Assembly (NCBI GenBank): GCA_963695345.1
Contig: OY968769.1
Coordinates: 2,144,001 to 2,208,000 of the forward strand
DNA: 64,000 bases
Reading direction: 5' to 3'
Source of the DNA: an uncultured Methanomassiliicoccales archaeon
GTDB lineage: Archaea > Thermoplasmatota > Thermoplasmata > Methanomassiliicoccales > UBA472
Shown: positions 46,325-56,368 of the stretch, piece after piece
Layout of the letters: every line of letters begins with the position of its first letter
Position numbering within the stretch: the first letter of the stretch is position 1
Notes under the pieces: generated by a model
Databases searched by the model: none
Told to the model about the DNA's origin: nothing
The model's input: the letters and a program-made list of their open reading frames with translations, nothing else
Position numbers and translations under genes: made by a program

Positions 46325-46579
46325 GAACGGTCGGCCCGCCAATGCCAAAGGCCTTCCGATATTGCGATAATCATGCCTTAGGGAAACGTTTGGAAAAAAT
46401 GGCCGAGGGATCGCAAACATTCGGATGTTTTTCATCGTCAACCATGAATCTCGGGATTGCCTCAACAGCGGTTAAAAAATCCATCTGACCTAAACGGAAT
46501 TAGATTTTTTCATAGTTAACGTTTTAATGCCATAGCGGATTCAGATATATCGGTCGCAGTTATAAAACGGTGCCAATAT

Positions 46580-49531
46580 ATGATCAGGACGATCTACATC
46601 GACGACGAGCCTCTGTTGCTCGAGCTCGCCAAGGACTTCATCGAGGACGGCGTCGAATTCACCATGGACACCACGACGTCCGTCGACGAGGCCATCAGAA
46701 GGGTCATGGACGGGGACTATGACGCTGTGATCTGCGACTATCAGATGCCCGCGATGAACGGCGTCGAATTCCTGAAGGCGCTTCGTTCCAAGGGTGACGT
46801 GACCCCCTTCGTGCTTTTCACTGGCCGCGGTCGTGAGGAGGTGGTGATCGACGCCCTCAACAACGGGGTGGATTTCTACCTGAAAAAGGGAGGCGAACCC
46901 TCCTCTCAATTTGCGGAACTCAAGAATCTTCTCATCCAGATGTCCCGCCGCCGGCAGGCGGAGGACGCCATGACCCACAATGCGCGCCGTTTCCGGGCGA
47001 TGATCGAGAATTCCATGGACATCATCGGTGTCATGGACCGGAACAGCACCCTCCGGTATGTATCGCCGTCCATCTCCAAGATATTGGGGTATTCGGTGGA
47101 CGAGGTCATCGGGACCAATCTGCAGACCTATTCGCATCCGGACCTGGTGGAGAATCTGGGCAAGGCGATCCAGACCATAAAGATGGGCCGGACCGAGCGC
47201 TACGAGATATCCCTGCGCCATAAGAACGGCACCTACCGCCTGATAGACGCCTCGATCGCCGTCATGCCGACCGAGCTCGGTCCGAACCAGATCGTGGTGA
47301 ACGGCCGTGACATCACCGAGCGCCGGAAAAAGGAGGACGAGCTCCGGCATTCGGAGGAGATGGTGCGCTACATTGTCGGACATGCGCCCAATTCCATGGC
47401 CATCCAGGATATGGAGCTGCGCTATCTGATGGTATCCGACCAGTATCTTGCCGATTTCGATCTCTACGACCGTGACGTGATCGGGAGAAGGCCCATGGAG
47501 GTCTTCAACCGCATTCCAGACGATTGGCACGACATCTGCGACAAGGCCTTGTCTGGCAAGACCATGAAGGGGCAGCTCGCTTTCCCCCTGGAGAACCGAA
47601 CGGAGAACATCATCTATGACGTGCGCCCCTGGCATGACGTCTCCGGGGAAGTGGGCGGACTGGTCACATACATCGAATCCAGACCGGGCAGTCAAGCCTT
47701 CAACGATGAGCTGGCCCGATCAGAACAGAGATACCAATTGCTGGCCGACAACGTGAAGGACGTCATCTGGACCCTGGACACGGATGGCCATATCACATAT
47801 GTCTCGCCATCCGTCATGCAGCTCCGCGGCTTTACCGCGGAGGAGGTAATGGCCCAGGGCATCGAGAAGGCCCTGACGCCCGAATCGTTGAGAAGGGTGA
47901 GGCAGCTCCTCAGCGACGGAGTGGATGTTTTCAAACGCACCGGACGCTTCCCGGAAGGCACCACGGAGCTAGAGCATCCAAGGAAGGATGGCACCACGGT
48001 GTGGACCGAGGTTAGCGCCGGAGGGCTTTACGATCATGAGGGGAAGTTCGTATCCATACTCGGAGTGAGCCGGGACATCACCGATCGCCGCCATGCAGAG
48101 ATGGCCCTCCACGCCTCCGAGGAGAGGTTCCGGGCCTTGTTCGAGAATTCCCAGCTGGGAACGTTCATCATCGACCTGGATGGCCGGTTCCTGGAATCCA
48201 ATCAGCTCTTCTGTGACATGCTTGGCTACGAAATGGGAGACCTGATGGGACTGAGCCTGAACGATGTGACCCTGCCCCCGCTGGACGTCAAACGGACGGT
48301 GGCGGTGCGCCGGCTGCTGGAGCAGAACCTGGATACCACCGACGCCGAGTCGGACTTCCGGCGCAAGGACGGCAAGATGTGGAACGGGACCATGTCCCTG
48401 ACCGTGCTCAAGGACCAGAACGGGGTAAAGCGCAATCTGTTGGGCATGCTCCACAGCGTCACCCCCGAGAAGGAGTCGGAAGAAGGGCTGGCGGAATCGG
48501 AAAGACGTTTCCGGACGCTTTTCCAGAACACTCAGCTGGCCATTACCATCGCCGGACTGGGGGGCGAGATCGTGGAGACCAACGATCAGTTCGCCAAGAT
48601 GATGGGCTATCCTCAGGAGGACCTCAAAGGAAAGAACATCTACGACCTGTTCACGCCCCGGATTCGCCCCGAGGAATCCGAACTGGTCAACTCGCTCCTC
48701 AAACACCAGGCGGACAAGGCCAACGTCGACAGGCACTGGGTGCGCAAGGACGGGAGCATGTGGTGGGGACATGTGGTGGGGTCGCTACTCTATGACGACC
48801 AGGGCATCCCGAAACACATTCTGGCGGTAATAGTGGACATCACCGAGCGCAAGAACTCGGAGATGAAGATGGCCATAGCCAACCGCAAGCTGACATTGCT
48901 GGGGGACCTGACCCGCCACGATGTCAAGAACCGGCTCTCGGCGATGTCCGGGTTCATGCAGCTGGCCGACATGAAGGAGACCGATCCCCAGATCAAGTCA
49001 TACCTCACCAAGGCCTCCCAGCTGGCAACCGATATCGCCGCCCAGATGGACTTCACCAAGGAGTATCAAGGCTTGGGATCGCAGGAAGCGACCTGGATAT
49101 CGCTGTCTCAGGAATGTTTCTCGCCCAACTCCGGAATGGACCTGGGCAACATCGCACTGGAATACGACCTTAGCGGTCTGGAGATATTCGCGGACCCCAT
49201 GGTCCCCAAGGGTTTCCGGAACATCATTGAGAACGCATGCAAGCACGGGGAGCATGTGAGCAAGATCGCCCTCAGCTTCCGTGAGGTGGAATGGGGCCTG
49301 GAGCTCATTTTCGAGGACAACGGGATCGGCATTCCCGACAGCGAGAAGCAGATGATCTTCGAATGGGGCTACAAGAACCGGATGGGCCACGGACTGCACT
49401 TCGTCTCCGAGCTATTGGCGATCACCGGCATGTCGATCAAGGAAACGGGCGAGTACCGGAAGGGGGCCAGGTTCGAGATATTCGTACCGAGCGGTTCCTA
49501 CCGGATCGTTGGAAAGACCGAATTGCACTAG
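46580..49531 (+). CDS. Cytoplasmic hybrid sensor kinase: REC, 5 PAS, histidine kinase
   Basis: YIDDE...DYQMP..FTGRGRE receiver domain, five PAS/PAC units, TRHDVKN H-box, NACKHG, DNGIG, GHGL. Confidence 0.93.
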   Translation: MIRTIYIDDEPLLLELAKDFIEDGVEFTMDTTTSVDEAIRRVMDGDYDAVICDYQMPAMNGVEFLKALRSKGDVTPFVLFTGRGREEVVIDALNNGVDFYLKKGGEPSSQFAELKNLLIQMSRRRQAEDAMTHNARRFRAMIENSMDIIGVMDRNSTLRYVSPSISKILGYSVDEVIGTNLQTYSHPDLVENLGKAIQTIKMGRTERYEISLRHKNGTYRLIDASIAVMPTELGPNQIVVNGRDITERRKKEDELRHSEEMVRYIVGHAPNSMAIQDMELRYLMVSDQYLADFDLYDRDVIGRRPMEVFNRIPDDWHDICDKALSGKTMKGQLAFPLENRTENIIYDVRPWHDVSGEVGGLVTYIESRPGSQAFNDELARSEQRYQLLADNVKDVIWTLDTDGHITYVSPSVMQLRGFTAEEVMAQGIEKALTPESLRRVRQLLSDGVDVFKRTGRFPEGTTELEHPRKDGTTVWTEVSAGGLYDHEGKFVSILGVSRDITDRRHAEMALHASEERFRALFENSQLGTFIIDLDGRFLESNQLFCDMLGYEMGDLMGLSLNDVTLPPLDVKRTVAVRRLLEQNLDTTDAESDFRRKDGKMWNGTMSLTVLKDQNGVKRNLLGMLHSVTPEKESEEGLAESERRFRTLFQNTQLAITIAGLGGEIVETNDQFAKMMGYPQEDLKGKNIYDLFTPRIRPEESELVNSLLKHQADKANVDRHWVRKDGSMWWGHVVGSLLYDDQGIPKHILAVIVDITERKNSEMKMAIANRKLTLLGDLTRHDVKNRLSAMSGFMQLADMKETDPQIKSYLTKASQLATDIAAQMDFTKEYQGLGSQEATWISLSQECFSPNSGMDLGNIALEYDLSGLEIFADPMVPKGFRNIIENACKHGEHVSKIALSFREVEWGLELIFEDNGIGIPDSEKQMIFEWGYKNRMGHGLHFVSELLAITGMSIKETGEYRKGARFEIFVPSGSYRIVGKTELH

Positions 49532-49950
49532 ATGCGACGGTAGAGCCAATTTGGCGCCTGAGCCCAATCTCCCCCTCAACATGAGTGAACCGTGCGCCAA
49601 TGGGATGAAAACATGATTTGTATTCTTAACATGCCCTAAACGATCCGTGGCCGTCTTGCCGCTCAATTAGCTTGGAAAACGAATGGTCGAGAAATCTTAT
49701 CTCAGAAAACAAGTTATCATTTTTTCTTCAATATTAGGCAAATCTTCAAAATATTCCATTATGATTTATCCTTAAAGGCCTTAAATCCAAAACAACGAAT
49801 CATTTGTTATCATGTTGAAACAATTTTGGTCCATATGCAAGAAATAAACGGGGCAACAAGATGGCGTTGTTATCATTATTCTTCTCCGAAAATGATAGCC
49901 AGACATGGTATTCCTGTCAGGTAGATGGTTTAAGTGCAAGTGTGGTGGTA

Positions 49951-49963
49951 AAAACCCTTTTAA
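49951..49963 (+). promoter_or_regulatory. BRE/TATA-like promoter with no downstream ORF
   Basis: AAAACCCTTTTAA, with TTTTAA at 49958-49963; a TG initiator (49986-49987) lies 24 nt after the TATA box. Confidence 0.55.
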
Positions 49964-49986
49964 CCCTCCTGTGCCATAAGGAGAAT

Positions 49987-50049
49987 GCGCGTCCGATCGG
50001 GACCTTCTCCAACTTCCCCACGTTTCTGATAGAATCCGGTCGGGCGCGT
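49987..50049 (+). ncRNA. Candidate small structured RNA (15-bp terminal stem, C/U-rich loop)
   Basis: 49987-50001 pairs with 50035-50049 (11 Watson-Crick and 4 G-U pairs, valid only on the + strand). It starts at the predicted TSS and is followed by a pyrimidine/T tract. Confidence 0.5.
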
Positions 50050-50425
50050 CATCCCTCTGCTATTGTTTTGTAGAATGAACCGTCAAAATGACGGGAATCC
50101 TCGATTGTCGCCGCGCTGCATGGCCTGCACAACGATGAAACAGAATTGTTCTGCCCGGTGAAGCGTTCGCGGGGGATTCACATTGACGGAGATTCGAAAT
50201 CGACGTTGGAAAATTTTCAATGTGTTGTTTGATCCGTCGTGGTTCCGAGATCCCATGCCGTCCGATCATGACCGTCGGATTAGAATCGTCCCAATACGCT
50301 TGATGAGAACAGCGCGCCTATCGTTCGGCATAGGTTGCACATGAAGACAAGGTTGGATTGCCGGGGTCATGGATTCTCAACCTCCGGTCGGTCATCAGGT
50401 GATCATCCTTCATATTCAGATGGGC

Positions 50426-51287
50426 CTAGGTCTCGAATCTTACCAGTCCGTCAGGTTCCACCTTCCAGTGGCATTTGACACATTCCTCCTGTGCGACAGT
50501 TATCACCTTGCCGCACATAGGGCAACGGCCGAGCGCTTCGACCTTGATCGGATCATAGACTTCCTGTCCGACCGGTTTGGGCTCGGCGATCTCCACCGGT
50601 TCGACTTCTTTCTTACGTGTCGGTTCCTTTACCGTCTGGGATATCGGAGCCGCCTCGACCTTGGCATATGGTCCCGCCTCGGATGGCGGTGTCACCCCCC
50701 CGGTCACGGCTGGCTGGATAGGTTTGATCAGGGACGATCCCCGTTTCTCTTTTGGAATGATCACATTCCCCTTCTTCTTGACCGGTTCAGCCGTTCGCTT
50801 CGCTGCCTGGACAGGTTTTTTCTCCCGGTTCTGTTGGTCGGCCGTCGTTCTTTGACCCGGCAGTTACTTTGGTCTCGACCTGGCCGTCACGCTGGTTCGG
50901 TTTCGGAATCTTCCCCTTGACCGTCCCTGGCGTTTTTGGGACAGGCTTCTTCCCTCCGCTGCGGATAAGGTCGGTGAAGCTTACGTCGGTCTCATTCCCC
51001 CGGATCCGCCAGCGATAATCTGCAACGGTCAGGAATATGATGAGGACGCCCAAGAGAGCTATGACGAGCATGACCACATAGACGTTTGGATCGACGGTGT
51101 AAACGAGCTCCTGACCATCCTTGACGACAACGTTTCCTTCCATTATCTTCAGGATGGCGAAGATGATGATACCTGCCGCCAACAGAGCAACGCCTATTCC
51201 CAGGTTGATCTTATGGCGCCTGTTCATTCGGGTTCTCGCGGCCGGGGCTTTCATTATCGGTCTCTTCGTCTCTTTTGTCATGGTCAC
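50426..51287 (-). CDS. Hypothetical membrane protein: 2 TM helices, Pro/Lys-rich linker, C-terminal double-CxxC zinc ribbon (+1 frameshift near 50810-50860)
   Basis: ORFs 50787..51287 and 50426..50764 join when one base is removed; CPMCG...CVKC at the C-terminus. Confidence 0.7.
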
Positions 51288-51288
51288 C

Positions 51289-51786
51289 TTACGATCGTCT
51301 GCGCCAGGGCGCCTTGAAAAGGAGGTATCCGTCCTGGTCCATCGTGACGGTCACATCCACCGGGCCGTCCAGCCGTGATGTCGACGCGTTCGGACGGCGC
51401 AAAGGGTGCCGGCCCCAGACGCGCAGGCGAACGCCGTTGTTCTTCTCCACCGATCTCTGCAGCGGTTCAAGGCTGTGGTCATCGGTCTCCTTCGCCGCGC
51501 AATTGATGGCCTTTCCCACTTCGATGACAATCGTTTCAGCGAGTTCGATGTCCCGGAGTTCCTTCGCGGCATCCTCTCCTGGGTTGACCATGCCGATAAC
51601 GACATCGGTGCCCCGGTCGAGCTGGTTGCTATGGGCCGCCAGGTGTCGTAAGATGAAGCCCCGTTCAATGCAGGTGGGGTTCGCCTTGGATGCTGGCGAC
51701 CAAAAGACGATCACTCCCTGACCGGTCATGATCGTCGATAGCGGTGTGTCCGGAGCGGTGCGGAAGGTGATGTCAATGACATGCAT
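51289..51786 (-). CDS. Hypothetical protein
   Basis: 165-aa ORF ending 1 nt before the next gene (operon-like); no recognisable motif; start uncertain. Confidence 0.45.
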   Translation of the reverse strand: MHVIDITFRTAPDTPLSTIMTGQGVIVFWSPASKANPTCIERGFILRHLAAHSNQLDRGTDVVIGMVNPGEDAAKELRDIELAETIVIEVGKAINCAAKETDDHSLEPLQRSVEKNNGVRLRVWGRHPLRRPNASTSRLDGPVDVTVTMDQDGYLLFKAPWRRRS

Positions 51787-52464
51787 CTGAGGAATGGAAG
51801 AGCATGCGGGGATAAGAGAGCTATGGTCTGATTCATTCCATGCATCCGTTGGCGATTTGCCGATGGCACCGAAAAATCCGATGACCTCTCCGGATACAGA
51901 GGAAAGGAACCGACATCAAGCAGAATCTGAAGACCTTTCGATGATTATATCTCGTTCGTTAGAATTATTTGCATCATAAGCTTTTTTTATAGTTTTTCGT
52001 ATTATAATTAGTTTGTAATAATTAATATTATCAAATATAATATCAAGGGTTCTATCAGTGTCGTTATCAAAAATGCAATTATATACTTAAAATCAAAATT
52101 GAATTTCCGATAATATGACGAAAATATTGCACATATACCGTTTTAATAGCGTAAATTAGACCGAAACATCGTAATAGCCTAAAGGCGTTTTTATATCGGA
52201 AATTGATAGATTCGGAATCAATTATGATTCTCAGATGTCCGGGTTTAATAACTCAAAATAGGGTTGCTTTTTCCTAGTCGACTAACCAAAAGCATTGACC
52301 AAAGTCGACAATCAAGGCCGCGTTCAACCCTCTTAGCCCAGTCCGACCAGATATCGACGAACAAACTGAACGAAAAGGTTCGTCATGGAACAAGGATCGT
52401 ACGCGAGGGCGGTTATCGGAACGAGGACCAGCCTAACAAATCACCAAGAAAGACGGTCGTTACT

Positions 52465-53889
52465 ATGATCAAGACCAAGTTCGATAGAAGGTCCTTAATG
52501 TTGCTCACACTCCTAGTGGTGGGAGCATTCCTGGGCACATCCGTGGGTGCGGCAGTGTTCGTCGAAGGTCAGGAGGGCACTCTATCAGCCTCTGAGACCG
52601 GTACTGTCGTCATAGAAGCGGCTTACGTCATTTTCAAGGATACCGCGGGCTACACGTGCGCCAAGAACACGACGACCCAGGCGATCGAATTCAAAGATAC
52701 CAATGCAAAACTCATAATCCAGAAGGCCATCGACAGGGCATCGTTCGGCAATGTATGGATCAGGGCCGGTACATATGACATCTCCGCGACGATCTATTCA
52801 TGGTCGACCTCCATCACCGGTGACGGCAACGGGACCATCCTGAAGGCAACCAGCGGCCTGAAGGGAGCGGTCCTCCGTGTGTCCAATGAATACTACAAGG
52901 CCGATGGAACCCTGGTAATGCCCAAGGCGATCGTCGCCGAGAACCGGCCGAATGGTGTGACCATCAGCAACATGCAGATCGACGGCAACAAAGCGGTCCG
53001 GGCTAACGGCGATGGGATGGTCGGGATAGGTTTCATAGACGTCACAAACTGCCATATCCGGGGCGTCTATGCCCACGACATAATAAACGGTCAGGGCTTC
53101 TACATGACCAACTCGCATTACTGCACCATCAGGGATTGTTCGACCTATAACATCGGGGACGACCTTCTGGTAAACTACGGGTCCGGCATCGCCTTCGGTG
53201 AGGCCAGCCAAACCAAGGTCGCAAGTTCGCACATCCTGATCGATAATGTGAAGATCGTCAAATCGTCCATGTCCGCGATAGACCTGGAGCCGGCCAACAA
53301 CATCACCATTACCAACTGCCAGTTCCTAGGTGCCGCAACCTACAACGGATACCCGACCCCGGTTATCACGATGTACGCTCTCAAGGGTTACCTGCCGAAC
53401 GACAACATCATGATCAGCGGCAACCATGTCTATGGAGCGTTCTCCGAGTTCGTCATACTGACCCCGAGCAACTATTCTATCATCACCAATAATATCGTGA
53501 CGTACACCGCCAGCAACGCCATCGCCATCTATTCGACCTCCTCGCACGACAACAAGATCACCGGCAACATCATCAATACGGTCTCGAAGGATGCCTTCGC
53601 CGCTCTGAACTGCAACTCATGCCTGGTCAGCGATAACACCTTCACCGACATCATGACGTCGAAGAACGACTACGGCATCAGGTTCCTGGCCACGACCGGC
53701 ACATCCTACTACAATGTCGTCAGGGGCAACCAAATAACCGGATTCCAATACGCCATCTGCGAAGTGACCGGAACCAATCATATCGTGGTCACCGGCAATG
53801 TGATCAAGTCATGCACCGTGGGCACGTATCTGAAAGGAACGGATATCTACCGGAGCGGGAACATTCTGAACGGCGCAAGCGAGCTGTGA
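52465..53889 (+). CDS. Secreted/anchored right-handed parallel beta-helix protein (pectin-lyase-like fold)
   Basis: N-terminal hydrophobic helix; IQKAID...VWIRAGTYDI...ITGDG..TIL; many IxGNxI repeats. Confidence 0.88.
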   Translation: MIKTKFDRRSLMLLTLLVVGAFLGTSVGAAVFVEGQEGTLSASETGTVVIEAAYVIFKDTAGYTCAKNTTTQAIEFKDTNAKLIIQKAIDRASFGNVWIRAGTYDISATIYSWSTSITGDGNGTILKATSGLKGAVLRVSNEYYKADGTLVMPKAIVAENRPNGVTISNMQIDGNKAVRANGDGMVGIGFIDVTNCHIRGVYAHDIINGQGFYMTNSHYCTIRDCSTYNIGDDLLVNYGSGIAFGEASQTKVASSHILIDNVKIVKSSMSAIDLEPANNITITNCQFLGAATYNGYPTPVITMYALKGYLPNDNIMISGNHVYGAFSEFVILTPSNYSIITNNIVTYTASNAIAIYSTSSHDNKITGNIINTVSKDAFAALNCNSCLVSDNTFTDIMTSKNDYGIRFLATTGTSYYNVVRGNQITGFQYAICEVTGTNHIVVTGNVIKSCTVGTYLKGTDIYRSGNILNGASEL

Positions 53890-54192
53890 TCCCGGCGCCT
53901 TCCCTTCTTATCTGAGAAACAAACATCCGGAAGACCTGGCCCAGCGCAATAGGCAGGGCAGGAAGTTATTTCTCCAATAGTTCTGCCCGCCGATCAACCA
54001 TGGCCATATTGATCGGACCAGGTGAGGGAGGGATGGGCCATAGATGATCATGGTCCGATGCAAACGGATCAAGGTGCTCACTTTCTTCTAACCAGTGTTC
54101 GAGTATCAGACCGAAACGAGTGAACCGGCGGACGGCAGACCAGGAACTATCGGATTCACAATGGCACGCTATGCGGGATCAGACGAATTGGC

Positions 54193-55095
54193 CTAGTCAA
54201 ATATCCGCATCTCGTCCGTGCAAATGCAGGGTTTCCTGGTGGTCTTCCAGATCTCCTCTGCCTGTTTTGTGTTGCTTTCCACGTAATATTTGATCGGAGT
54301 GGATTTTATCACTCCGCTCTTATAGGCGGCCGTCTCATTTCCATCCGGTTTGCTCGACACGTTCCACATTACCAGATTCTTATACCTGACACCGTGGTCC
54401 TTCAGCCATTTCTCTGTCTCCGGGCGGTATTTCTCGGGCCTCGAGGTGATGATGTAATCGATCTCGAACTCGGGGATCAGGTACGGTCGGGCGGTCCTCA
54501 AGAATTCTAGGTATCTCTCCTCGTTCTTGAGGTCCGGACATTCTTCGCAGAGCACTCCGTCGATATCAAAGCCGACCGGGCCGAACTTAAAATGCATCAC
54601 GTTCCACTGGTATATCTGATACCCGTCTATGGATGCCCCATAGGTGTCCACCATGTTCTTGGTGTTGCTGCTGGCGAACAGTACGCCCCGGTAGACCGCG
54701 GCCTGAGGGTACAGTGCTTTGATCCTCTCGGCGGCGGTATTGATCGATTTTCCGGTCGATATGCAATCGTCAACGACCAGAATGCTATGAATCGGCTTCA
54801 GGCTGATGGACTTGCTCGTCCACACAATATTCTCCGGCGTGGCCAAAGGCTTCCCCAATTTGGTGGCGATCATGCACGCGACCAGCAGCCCGCTGCGCGG
54901 CACTCCCACGATCAGGTCGTACTGCCTATCGAAATTCCTTACCCATTGGTCGACATAGGCGGCCATTTCCATATTGTTTATGAAACTGGGGTTGCCGTAC
55001 TGTATCTTCTCGAACACCCTTACTGGCAGATCGAACTTGCCGACAAGATACCTATCCTTGAGACCGTTGAATCTAGCTAACATAGACATAATCAA
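54193..55095 (-). CDS. Type I phosphoribosyltransferase fused to a HAD-superfamily phosphatase
   Basis: IVGVPRSGL and PRPP loop ILVVDDCISTGKS; HAD motif GFDIDGVL, ITSRP, conserved K, YYVES. Confidence 0.85.
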   Translation of the reverse strand: MIMSMLARFNGLKDRYLVGKFDLPVRVFEKIQYGNPSFINNMEMAAYVDQWVRNFDRQYDLIVGVPRSGLLVACMIATKLGKPLATPENIVWTSKSISLKPIHSILVVDDCISTGKSINTAAERIKALYPQAAVYRGVLFASSNTKNMVDTYGASIDGYQIYQWNVMHFKFGPVGFDIDGVLCEECPDLKNEERYLEFLRTARPYLIPEFEIDYIITSRPEKYRPETEKWLKDHGVRYKNLVMWNVSSKPDGNETAAYKSGVIKSTPIKYYVESNTKQAEEIWKTTRKPCICTDEMRIFD

Positions 55096-55212
55096 ACTAC
55101 CAAGGGACAGGGGATTTCAATACCTCAGGGCTCTAAATACTTTTCTTCATGAATGCATCGACCAGTGCCTCACCTTCGGGCGAATAACTGATCATGACAA
55201 TCTGGTCCGACC

Positions 55213-55986
55213 TCATTTCTTCGCGAACCTCTTCAGCCTTTGACCCGCGGAAACGGCCGTCAGATAGAGGGACTTGCTGGCATTGTACGATTTGGAATAG
55301 GTCTTCGAATAGCTGTACTTGTCACACAGCGTGCCGCCGAAGCTGGCCTTGAACTGGTTGATCCCCGCCAGCTCCTCTCCCAGCTGACCGGTGGCGTATC
55401 CTCCGAAATCGTACTCCTGGAGCCCCTCGGCCTTGAAATGCTTGATCATCTCCCAGATCGAAAGCTTGTTACCGCGACCGTAGATGGTCCGGGACAGAAT
55501 GTTGTCTTTGTCAACCTTGCTCGCCGAGAGCAATTGCCGGATCCTCTTGTCATCCTTAACGCAAAGATGTCCGCCCAGGACCTCTCCGTTATATTCATAG
55601 GTGGATAGGAAATAATTGTTCTTCTCCATCTCGTTGGGGGTGATCATTGACGGAGGCAACCCCCGGCCGGCACGGAACTCCCGGTTTATTTCCTCGAACT
55701 CGGGGAACTTCTCATTGAACCTGACCTTGATGCAAGGGTCCTCCTCTGCCTTTGTGATGTGGTTCCTGCACGCCCTCTTGTCCATTGATGCCCAGATATC
55801 CTCCAGGCTCCTGTTGAGGTCCAAGGTCAATGTTTTCGACACCTCAACGGTGAATCCGGGCTTCTCTCCGTTAAAATTGGAATTCTTGAATTGAACCGCG
55901 TCCACTCCTTCAACATCATAAATCTCTTCGCTGAACCAGATCTCGCTCACTACGAATGGTCCCATTTTTCTGCGGAATTCAATCAT
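55213..55986 (-). CDS. FemAB-like GNAT-fold transferase
   Basis: LDL.RS.EDIW..M....R..I.KA; WEMI...K..G...YDFGG; GI.QFK.SFGG. Confidence 0.8.
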   Translation of the reverse strand: MIEFRRKMGPFVVSEIWFSEEIYDVEGVDAVQFKNSNFNGEKPGFTVEVSKTLTLDLNRSLEDIWASMDKRACRNHITKAEEDPCIKVRFNEKFPEFEEINREFRAGRGLPPSMITPNEMEKNNYFLSTYEYNGEVLGGHLCVKDDKRIRQLLSASKVDKDNILSRTIYGRGNKLSIWEMIKHFKAEGLQEYDFGGYATGQLGEELAGINQFKASFGGTLCDKYSYSKTYSKSYNASKSLYLTAVSAGQRLKRFAKK

Positions 55987-56368
55987 GAATATCGACCAGT
56001 CGACTCCTGATAATTTGCCTATTCCCCGCCTAGTTTATATTGGTTGTTGAATCAATGGCCGATTCTGATATCCTATTCGCGGCCCAGATCCAGTCGAAAG
56101 AACGCATCCTGGTCGGTATGTCTTTTAGGTCATTCCATTCGCTCCCAATTATGTTCAAATCATGAACAGGAGGGGCGCAGAACATACGACGGGAGAAAGG
56201 GCATGGGACTTAGCCAAAGGAACGATCCTTCCCTTCGCAGAGCGCTCCTTGGACGCCCATCCAAACATCATGCAGCTCGGTCCCTGTAGGCTGAATACAA
56301 TATAGCAATAACAGATAAATAGTTCAAAATATAGGCAGCGAATTAATCTGATATTACCGGATTTTACC

